From positions 62,320 to 126,319 of the IMG/VR virus record IMGVR_UViG_3300033121_001619: 64,000 nucleotides of DNA; one strand, given 5' to 3'. A model generated the notes under the pieces. It was not told the DNA's origin, ran no database searches, and saw only the letters and a list, made by a program, of their open reading frames with translations. The position numbers were made by a program, and so were the translations under genes. Below are positions 51,531 to 58,866 of the stretch, piece after piece. Each line of letters starts with the position of its first letter. The first letter of the stretch is position 1. Source of the stretch: a virus. Its lineage: Duplodnaviria > Caudoviricetes.

Positions 51531-53390
51531 ATGAAGAATTTCAGTCTAGAGAAGCTCACGGAAGGCATCCGTGCGCGTCATGTGGGTGCGGAGAGGGCTC
51601 GTCTCACCGAGAAGTGGGGCAAGAGCGGTCTGCTCAGGGGACTCGATGGCACACGTCGAGAGGTGATGGCCCAGCTCCTGGAGAACCAGGCGGCTCAGGT
51701 CATCAAGGAGTCGAACGCCCTGTCGACGGGCGGCGGCGGCCTCACCTCGAGCGGCCAGGTCCAGGGCTTCAGCAACATCGCCTTCCCGATCGTCCGTAGG
51801 GCGTTCGGAGGTCTCGTGTCGAACGAGCTGGTCTCGATGCAGCCCATGAGCCTCCCGTCGGGGTTCGTGTACTACCTCGACTACACCTACGGTAACAACG
51901 TGGGTACCCCCGCCGGTTCGACCGCCGCGAGCGCGTCGACCTACTCGCGTGGGCAGAGCATCTATAACAACCCGACGGGCAAGGGTGTGCAGAGCGGATC
52001 GCTTGCTGCCGGCGGTATGTACGACCTGGTGAACACCGGCTACAGCCGCGTCACCGGATCGGCGACAGGTCTGACCCTCACCGCCTTCGGTGCTTGGGGC
52101 GGATCGAACGGCGACACCTGGGTCGACGGTCTCATCCTGACCAACTCCGCGATGTTCAGCGGCACCAACGCTCGCTTCGCCGACTTCGACTCGCAGGTCG
52201 AGACCGCCCTGGGGTCGAACAGCCTCGACGCCGCCTTCGCGGTGGTCCCGCTGTCGTCGCTGTCGAACATGGACAAGCTGGCCGCGAACCAGCTGGCCCT
52301 CTTCGCGGGCTTCACGAACTGCACGGCCTGGGGTGAGGCCTATCAGGGAGGCGCCGGAGTCCTGAACCTCCGTCGTCTCAACAAGCGTGGCAACTACTCG
52401 GCGGGCGTCTTCACACCCGACGCGCTGAACGGGACCCACGTCCTGACCCTGGTGAAGGGTGCCAACGCCGCGGCGATCACAGGTTCGACAGGCGTGGCGT
52501 GTTCGTACGCCATCTCGTCGGCCCTGGCGATCGATTCGACGGTCGGAACCACGCTGACCGTGCCCTCGTTCGAGTCGGACTTCGGTGCGACTCCCTCGCC
52601 GGTGATCCCCGAGATCGAGATCAAGATCGAGGCCATCAGCATCGTCACCGACACCCGGAAGCTCCGCGCGAAGTGGACTCCCGAGCTGGCGCAGGACATC
52701 AACGCGTATCACTCGATCGACATCGAGGTCGAGATGACCTCGATCCTCTCGCAGAACATCGCCCTCGAGGTCGACCGTGAGATCCTCAGCGACCTACTGC
52801 AGTCGGCGAACGGGGCGAACTTCTACTGGTCGCGTACGCCCGGTAGGTTCGTCAACAAGCAGACCGGTCAGCGTATCGCCCTGAGCGACTCGCTTCAGAT
52901 CGGCCCGAACTTCACGGGCACCGTGGACGAGTGGTACCGCACCCTGATCGAGACGATCATCGACGTGGCGAACACCATCCACCGCAAGACCCTCCGCGGC
53001 TCGGCCAACTTCCTGGTCACGTCGCCCGACGTCTGCACCATGCTGGAGAGCTCGGTCCTCTACAAGCCGAAGTTCTCGATCGACGGCGAGGGCCAGGTGG
53101 CTTCTCCCTTCTCGATCGGCGCCGAGGCGATCGGCACGCTGAGCAATCGCTTCACCGTGTACAAGGATCCGTATTTCCCGGTCAACAAGGTGCTTGTTGG
53201 CTATAAGGGCGGGTCGTACTTGGAGACGGGATACGTCTACGCGCCGTACATCCCTCTCATCACTACCCCGACCATCTTCGGGACCGAGGACTTCACTCCC
53301 CGCAAGGGCATGATGACTCGGTACGGCAAGAAGGTGATCAGGAGTGATTTTTACGGGACCGTAACTGTGACCGACATGAACGTGATATAG
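51531..53390 (+). CDS. Major capsid protein, T4 gp23-like
   Basis: MQPMSLPSG, TRKLRAKWTPELAQD, EVDREIL, YAPYIPL, FTPRKGMMTRYG. Confidence 0.95.
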   Translation: MKNFSLEKLTEGIRARHVGAERARLTEKWGKSGLLRGLDGTRREVMAQLLENQAAQVIKESNALSTGGGGLTSSGQVQGFSNIAFPIVRRAFGGLVSNELVSMQPMSLPSGFVYYLDYTYGNNVGTPAGSTAASASTYSRGQSIYNNPTGKGVQSGSLAAGGMYDLVNTGYSRVTGSATGLTLTAFGAWGGSNGDTWVDGLILTNSAMFSGTNARFADFDSQVETALGSNSLDAAFAVVPLSSLSNMDKLAANQLALFAGFTNCTAWGEAYQGGAGVLNLRRLNKRGNYSAGVFTPDALNGTHVLTLVKGANAAAITGSTGVACSYAISSALAIDSTVGTTLTVPSFESDFGATPSPVIPEIEIKIEAISIVTDTRKLRAKWTPELAQDINAYHSIDIEVEMTSILSQNIALEVDREILSDLLQSANGANFYWSRTPGRFVNKQTGQRIALSDSLQIGPNFTGTVDEWYRTLIETIIDVANTIHRKTLRGSANFLVTSPDVCTMLESSVLYKPKFSIDGEGQVASPFSIGAEAIGTLSNRFTVYKDPYFPVNKVLVGYKGGSYLETGYVYAPYIPLITTPTIFGTEDFTPRKGMMTRYGKKVIRSDFYGTVTVTDMNVI

Positions 53391-53455
53391 TTGAAAGTCA
53401 ACTGAGTCACGTTTGACGAAGCTGGAGACCGCCGTGAGGCGGTCTCCTTCTTTTT
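53386..53455 (+). repeat. 70-bp direct repeat, copy 1, containing a terminator
   Basis: Identical to 54437-54506 except one loop base. Confidence 0.95.
53424..53455 (+). terminator. Intrinsic terminator after the capsid gene
   Basis: GGAGACCGCC-GTGA-GGCGGTCTCC-TTCTTTTT. Confidence 0.9.
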
Positions 53456-53486
53456 ACGTTTCAGTTGACACTCATATAGTAGACAC

Positions 53487-54425
53487 ATGGAAACTTGTCT
53501 AGAGTGCGGAAAGCAATTCGAGTCGCTGGAATCGGTACATCGTCATCAGAGAATCCACGGTCAGACTTCACAGGCGTACGTCCTCAAGTGGACACACGGA
53601 GGCACAGTCCCCACATGTGCGTGTGGATGTCGTCAGGAGACGTCTTGGTCGGTGGGCAGGAGGGACTACGCAAAATACATCAGAGGACACTCCGCGAAAG
53701 GACGCGTCAAATCGGAAGACGAGAAGCGTCGCATCGGAGAGAAGAACCGCGTCAACATGAAGGAGTGGATGAGTAGACATCCGGACATCGTCGCACGTCA
53801 CATGGTCATGATGCGCTCCACAAGCCAGACGGAAGAATCCAGAAAGAAGAGGAGTGAATCCGTTCGTGCGACGTACGACGCAATGTCGCCAGAAGACAAG
53901 CAGAAATTCTCAGACCACACACGGGGCCTGTGGAGTGACGGAACTCTCGTCGAGGCACGAACTAAGGCTGCAGAGACCTTCAAGCAGAGATACGCTTCGG
54001 GAGAGTACGATTTCACCGAACGCAACGCCAAGATCTCAGAGACGATAACCCAGAGATACTTGGACGGTGGTTTCGAGTGGGCCATAGGAACTTACCACTC
54101 TCGAAAGATCGATCGAACGTTCTCCTACAGGTCGTCGTGGGAATTGCAATTCATGCAACTCCTCGACGCCGACGACGAGGTCGAGACGTGGACGTTCGAA
54201 CCCTTCTCCATCCCATACGAATTCGACGGCGAGAAGAGGAGGTACGTCCCAGACTTTCACGTCGTCACTCGATCCGGATCTTCCATCGTCGTCGAGGTGA
54301 AACCTCACGAGTTGCGAGAGACGCCAATGAACTCCGCCAAGCGAGAGGCGACGAAGGACTTCTGTCAGAGAAGCGGATGGACGTACGCCGAGTGGCATCC
54401 AGGCTCTTCTCTGGCGTGGAAATAG
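53487..54425 (+). CDS. Putative free-standing homing endonuclease (Zn finger, NUMOD3-like, TnsA_N-like nuclease)
   Basis: CLEC..H..H, CACGC, KSEDEKRRIG, YRSSWE...YVPDF...VEVKP. Confidence 0.8.
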   Translation: METCLECGKQFESLESVHRHQRIHGQTSQAYVLKWTHGGTVPTCACGCRQETSWSVGRRDYAKYIRGHSAKGRVKSEDEKRRIGEKNRVNMKEWMSRHPDIVARHMVMMRSTSQTEESRKKRSESVRATYDAMSPEDKQKFSDHTRGLWSDGTLVEARTKAAETFKQRYASGEYDFTERNAKISETITQRYLDGGFEWAIGTYHSRKIDRTFSYRSSWELQFMQLLDADDEVETWTFEPFSIPYEFDGEKRRYVPDFHVVTRSGSSIVVEVKPHELRETPMNSAKREATKDFCQRSGWTYAEWHPGSSLAWK

Positions 54426-54436
54426 TGACGACTCGT

Positions 54437-54506
54437 TATAGTTGAAAGTCAACTGAGTCACGTTTGACGAAGCTGGAGACCGCCGCGAGGCGGTCTCCTT
54501 CTTTTT
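54437..54506 (+). repeat. 70-bp direct repeat, copy 2, containing a terminator
   Basis: GGAGACCGCC-GCGA-GGCGGTCTCC-TTCTTTTT within a copy of 53386-53455. Confidence 0.95.
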
Positions 54507-54574
54507 GCATCTCATTCGATGACTCAGGCTTATCCCTGGCTACGATGAGAATTCGATCCTATTTACGTGACGTC

Positions 54575-54868
54575 ATGACCAACGCAGACATATCCGATGA
54601 ATTGGCGGAGAAGCTGGGACATGGTTACATGTCACCTCAGCATCCCATCCACTACGCCTCTCACGAGTTCCGGAATCGTTTGTTGACAAGAGTCGAGCCG
54701 AATCGTCGAGATCAAGCCAAGAAGGATCTGGCCAGAGTCTTCGATTCACTCTTGGCCGCCTGGTCCCAGAGGAACTCCGACGACGACGATCTCGTGGAGG
54801 ACTCCATGGAGACGTACGAGGAGACGCTGGCCATGGGTCGTGAGTGGTGCCGAGAGTACGTACGTTGA
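54575..54868 (+). CDS. Hypothetical protein
   Basis: ATG 54575 follows a TATTTA motif; the longer ORF-track extension contains two in-frame TTA. Confidence 0.6.
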   Translation: MTNADISDELAEKLGHGYMSPQHPIHYASHEFRNRLLTRVEPNRRDQAKKDLARVFDSLLAAWSQRNSDDDDLVEDSMETYEETLAMGREWCREYVR

Positions 54869-54959
54869 CACCAGACAAATCGAGAACGTCGTCGTGTTGA
54901 TTCGTCGAGTGACGCCACTCGACGTTGTTGTGTGATACGTAGAGGAACGGAGGCTTGAC

Positions 54960-55388
54960 ATGAAGATAGTGATAGATGACGTCGTTGGCGTCAAGTGTGT
55001 GGCTGATGGCAACGGCGTCGAGGTCAACACGACCCTCACGAACGTGAAGACGAACGCCCTCACCGCTGCGACGACCCTCACCGCGGGAGGCGTCTATCTG
55101 GCGTCGAGCTCGTCGGGCGCATTGACCATGACGATGCCGCTAGCCTCGTCGTGTCCCGGTTCGACCTTTGTGTTTCGTTCGACTTCGGCCCACGCGCATG
55201 CGCTGACCGGCTCGGCCGAGTCGAATGGGACGAAGGTCTTCTGTGGCCTCCCGGGCGGGACGGTTGAGAACAACGGATCCAAGGTCGCGCTCTCCGCGAC
55301 CCAGGGTTCGTCGGTCGTCCTGGTCTCCGACGGCCTCTCGTTCCTCGTCAGCGCGATGTCGGGAACTTGCACAATCTCCGGGACCTGA
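54960..55388 (+). CDS. Small Thr/Ser/Gly-rich virion protein (decoration-like)
   Basis: GGAGG RBS; composition typical of beta-rich structural proteins; near the capsid gene. Confidence 0.6.
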   Translation: MKIVIDDVVGVKCVADGNGVEVNTTLTNVKTNALTAATTLTAGGVYLASSSSGALTMTMPLASSCPGSTFVFRSTSAHAHALTGSAESNGTKVFCGLPGGTVENNGSKVALSATQGSSVVLVSDGLSFLVSAMSGTCTISGT

Positions 55389-55412
55389 TTCTGACCAGAT
55401 AGGAGTCGTGAC

Positions 55413-56357
55413 ATGGTGAGGATGAAGATGAGCAGCCTCCGACGCATGATCGAGTCGGAGGTGAGGAGATCGCTTCGTGAGGACGCGAATCCCGCGAAGA
55501 TCAACGACATGCTCTACCCGAAACGCCTGAGGGCCGTGAAGGATCCTGAGGTGGCGAAGGCCCTCTCCTCCGGCGGGAAGGACGACGGCGTGGTCGACGA
55601 CGACACGGCCGGGACGGGTAGGACGTCGGCTGCCGCCAACACCTTGAAGGCCAGCCAGACGACGATGGACTTCCAGAAATTCGTCGCCATGTCCATCCTC
55701 ATGTTGACTCGACACGGAGCCTTCTCCAGTGGTCCTGGTGGTGACCTAGGCGCCATCGTGTCGTCCGACGGACACATCATGGACGGCCATCACCGCTGGG
55801 CCGCCACTCTCATGGTCGATCCCACCGCCGACGTGGGAGGCATCAAGGTCGACATCCCTGGAGAGAAACTGGTCGGAGTCCTGAACGTGTGGACGGTCGC
55901 GAAGGGTCAGAAGGGCAAACCTTCCACGGCGAACATGAGCGACCTCACGCCTGACGCCGTCGCCGACAAGTTCAAGGAGATGGCCACCAGCGGCATCAGC
56001 GGGATGGACTCGAAGGCCATCGCCGCCGGACTCAGCAAGAACGGATTCGAGTCGATCGACGCCGCCGCCGAGCACGTCAAGAAGAACTGGGAGTCCACGT
56101 CGAAGAACCGAGCGATCAAGGCGTGGATGCCCGAGAAGGTCGACATGCCGGCCATCGAGCCGGAGCAACTCGCCCAGGTCGCGAAGGACATCGCGTCGGG
56201 CGACATGGACATCAATCCTCCCTATTCCGACAAGGTGAAGTCCCTCCTGAAGATGTCGACGAAGAAGGAGAAGTCGCCCCCGGAGAACGCAGGGAGACGA
56301 ATCTCGGGCGATCCTCTCGTGGAACGCTGGCAGCGCCTGGCCGGAATCATCAAGTTA
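55413..56357 (+). CDS. ParB/Srx-like domain protein (ends at TTA)
   Basis: IVSSDGHIMDGHHRWAA; ends RWQRLAGIIK-TTA, matching the scaffold end RWGLLAGITK-TGA. Confidence 0.75.
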
Positions 56358-56373
56358 GATCTGGAGAAATCGT

Positions 56374-56410
56374 GAGAGGACGGACGAGTTATCCGTCCTC
56401 TCTTCGTTTT
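56374..56410 (+). terminator. Intrinsic terminator
   Basis: GAGAGGACGGA-7 nt-TCCGTCCTCTC-TTCGTTTT. Confidence 0.75.
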
Positions 56411-56493
56411 CGATTTGACGGATTGAAACGTCGTGTCCGGACGACGTACAGTCTCATCACGAGGTAGGAACACCTCACGAGGAGACCTGAGAA

Positions 56494-56757
56494 ATGGCGA
56501 AGAACAAGAGGAATGGGCGCGTTCGTGGTGAGATTCACACACGTTATGACAGGAATGGGTGCCTGAGGACGGAGACGACACGTCGGAATCCTGACTTCCA
56601 AGTGAAAATCGCCGCGAGACAGGATCCGACGACCGGTCGACTGTCGGTCTTCATCGACACTCCTGATGAGGAGTCGATCGAGCTTGATGGGAAGTCGGCA
56701 CGCACCCTCTACAGGGTGCTTCGTCAGCACTACGTCGCGACCGGGAGGTCGGCGTGA
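56494..56757 (+). CDS. Small basic hypothetical protein
   Basis: GAGGAG RBS; upstream TTGAAA-N18-TACAGT. Confidence 0.65.
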   Translation: MAKNKRNGRVRGEIHTRYDRNGCLRTETTRRNPDFQVKIAARQDPTTGRLSVFIDTPDEESIELDGKSARTLYRVLRQHYVATGRSA

Positions 56758-57374
56758 GCGAGACTTACGTCGACGTGAAGCTGACCCCGAGTCAGCTCAT
56801 GCTCGTCGTGGGCATGGTCCATGCCTCCCTGGAACGTGGGGTCAGCAGTGACCTCCTTCGGGGAGACATGGAGGCATTCTACGATCACCTCGTCGAATAC
56901 CTGACGACAACCTCTTCGGAGGCTTCCGAAGAGGAAGCTTCGAACGATGAAGACTCGTCGTCCGTCGAGGAGGAAAACTCCGACGACGAGGATGAGAATG
57001 AGGAGACCGAGGAGGAAGCTTCCGAGGAAGACGAGGAAGAAGACGATTATCGTTCCATCTCGATGGACAATTTTGTGTCGCTTCCATGGTTCACGACCGT
57101 GAATAAGAAGCGCTTCACGTTCAAGTGCCATCATCGAGAGCGTCGTTCTGACGTACTGTCTCTGGAGGACACGAGCGGAAATTGCTACGTCATCAAGCAA
57201 TTGATCATCTCATGTCCCGATCTCGATAGCCTCGAGATGGAGGCACTGATCGAAGAGGACGACGAAGGTCGAACGGATCTCTTCCTCGAGATCCCGCGTG
57301 CGAAGAATTCCAAGTTCTTGAAAGCCATCGAGGACATCATGGAGTTCGACGTCACCTATTCGATCAGACCGTGA
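56754..57374 (+). CDS. Acidic hypothetical protein
   Basis: GTGA coupling; long D/E tract. Confidence 0.65.
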   Translation: MSETYVDVKLTPSQLMLVVGMVHASLERGVSSDLLRGDMEAFYDHLVEYLTTTSSEASEEEASNDEDSSSVEEENSDDEDENEETEEEASEEDEEEDDYRSISMDNFVSLPWFTTVNKKRFTFKCHHRERRSDVLSLEDTSGNCYVIKQLIISCPDLDSLEMEALIEEDDEGRTDLFLEIPRAKNSKFLKAIEDIMEFDVTYSIRP

Positions 57375-57406
57375 TCCTTGACGAAGGGCGCGAGTCCCTT
57401 CGTCTT

Positions 57407-57784
57407 GGGGCATAAATGGCTTCGACGTCGTCGAAGATCGTAGGAGTGCAGGACCGGGTGCACGAGGGTCCCGGATGAAACCCATGTGAAACACGACCGA
57501 CGTCAGCAATGATTCGGCTCCTCTCGCCCTCGCGGCCTTAGGGACGGGTCCCGTCGACCTAGGAAAAGAATAGACGGAAGCAAGGATGTCACGTCTTGAC
57601 GTGAAGGGTGACGCATCATCGGGTGGGTGGTGATGCAACGGCCATGCGACACGAAGGTACGACCAGCCGACACGCGGTGAGAACCTTCTAGGGCGGACGA
57701 TCCCGATGAAAATCGTCCCAATCCTGTGAACGACTCCTACGATCGACGTCGGCGGACCCGGGTTCGATTCCCGGATGCTCCACC
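57407..57784 (+). ncRNA. ssrA: tmRNA
   Basis: 5' GGGGCAT...TTCGAC pairs with 3' ATGCTCC-ACC (G3:U Ala identity pair); T-arm CCGGG-TTCGATT-CCCGG; tag frame 57499-57540 reads DVSNDSAPLALAA then TTA. Confidence 0.93.
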
Positions 57785-57806
57785 GTCTATACTTAGGGTG
57801 AATAGC

Positions 57807-57880
57807 GCGCCCATGTTTCAACGGGAAGAATACTCCTACGCGTGTGAGGAGAAGTCCAGGTTCGAATCCTGGTGGGCGCT
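57807..57880 (+). tRNA. tRNA-like gene with atypical 9-nt anticodon loop; identity not assignable
   Basis: Acceptor GCGCCCA/TGGGCGC; T-arm CCAGG-TTCGAAT-CCTGG; anticodon stem CTCCT/AGGAG around ACGCGTGTG. Confidence 0.7.
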
Positions 57881-57895
57881 CGAAGGAGGAGACAC

Positions 57896-58069
57896 ATGTC
57901 AGCCACGTCGACGATCATACTCGAAGAGATCCGATCACTTGAGGAGGAGCTCAAGACAGCAACGGGAGACGCGCTCGAAGTCAAGAGGACACGTCTAGAG
58001 GAGCTCAAGAGGAATTTCAACTCCGCGACCCAGGCTCTGACGGAGGGTCGCTCCCTCCTCAAGGGATGA
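57896..58069 (+). CDS. Small coiled-coil protein
   Basis: AAGGAGG RBS before ATG 57896. Confidence 0.65.
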   Translation: MSATSTIILEEIRSLEEELKTATGDALEVKRTRLEELKRNFNSATQALTEGRSLLKG

Positions 58070-58070
58070 C

Positions 58071-58301
58071 GTGAGCGACGGTCAACAGGTGGTCGACCTC
58101 ATGCGTCCGCTGAGGTCAGCCGTCGATGGTTTGGCACCCAACATCATAGACGTTTTCGTCTCAGATCCACCTAGCGCAGTAGAGGGAGGAATACCGAGAC
58201 GAATCGTACGTCATCACAAGTACGTCAACGTCGGGATACTCTCTAGGGAGCTTCAGGAGAAGATCCTAGCCGCCATTCACTTCAATTCGTCTGGTTTTTT
58301 A
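58071..58301 (+). CDS. Hypothetical protein (ends at TTA)
   Basis: In-frame TTA at 58299; standard-code end 58361 also gives a plausible ATGA overlap, so this end is less certain. Confidence 0.55.
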
Positions 58302-58357
58302 CGACACGTAGCGCGCCACATGGTGCGAGACCATAAGGTGTCTGGCAAGGTCGATGG

Positions 58358-58813
58358 ATGACGGCTGTCGGTGTCATAGATCATCATGATGATTTGGATG
58401 GCGTCGGGAGTCTGACGCACACAGCGATAGACGAGTATTTCGTCAGCGGATCGTTTGTTTTTGTGTCCGGATCTCCGGGTCCGATCCCACAGGCAGCCAG
58501 GATACTCAAGGCAGGCTCGGGAGTCTCCATCGTTGACGGTGGCCCCGGAGGATTCCTGACGATATCGTCAGGAAATTCTGGGACGTCGATATCGTGGAAT
58601 GAGATTCCCGTTGGCGCCAACGACGGAGTGAACATGACCTTCGTGTTGGCCAATTCTCCTTTGTCGGCCAATTCCGTGATGCTGTTCATCAATGGTGTGA
58701 AGCAACGCTTGGGAATAGACAGCGACTTCACGTTGACTGGCAGCATCGTCAATTTGACGCCGTCTAACACCTATAGGAGCGGTAGTAACATCGACGCGAC
58801 GTATCCGTACTAA
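58358..58813 (+). CDS. Putative virion/tail-associated protein
   Basis: NEIPVGANDGVNMTFVL...LFINGVKQ; ends in TAA. Confidence 0.65.
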   Translation: MTAVGVIDHHDDLDGVGSLTHTAIDEYFVSGSFVFVSGSPGPIPQAARILKAGSGVSIVDGGPGGFLTISSGNSGTSISWNEIPVGANDGVNMTFVLANSPLSANSVMLFINGVKQRLGIDSDFTLTGSIVNLTPSNTYRSGSNIDATYPY

Positions 58814-58866
58814 TCGACGCTGCGTGGTATCGCGAGGTTCTCTCTATTTAGTACCATAGGTGATCG

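Noticed and set aside
44044-52712. Long antisense ORFs such as 44044-44991, 48534-49355 and 51546-52712
   Set aside because: They are shadows of GC-rich plus-strand genes; the absence of in-frame TTA also removes antisense TAA stops.
54464-54574. In-frame TTA codons in ORF-track N-terminal extensions (also 7410-7412 on the minus strand)
   Set aside because: They lie upstream of the likely true starts (54575 and 7403), so they are not internal Leu codons. This depends on my start-site choices.
12072-57541. +1 frameshift onto TAG (TTAG) as the cause of termination
   Set aside because: Only 4 of the 14 sites read TTAG; the rest are TTAC or TTAT.
11850-58301. bldA-like use of TTA as a rare regulatory Leu codon
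   Set aside because: That predicts TTA inside genes; here in-frame TTA marks gene ends and the tmRNA tag end.
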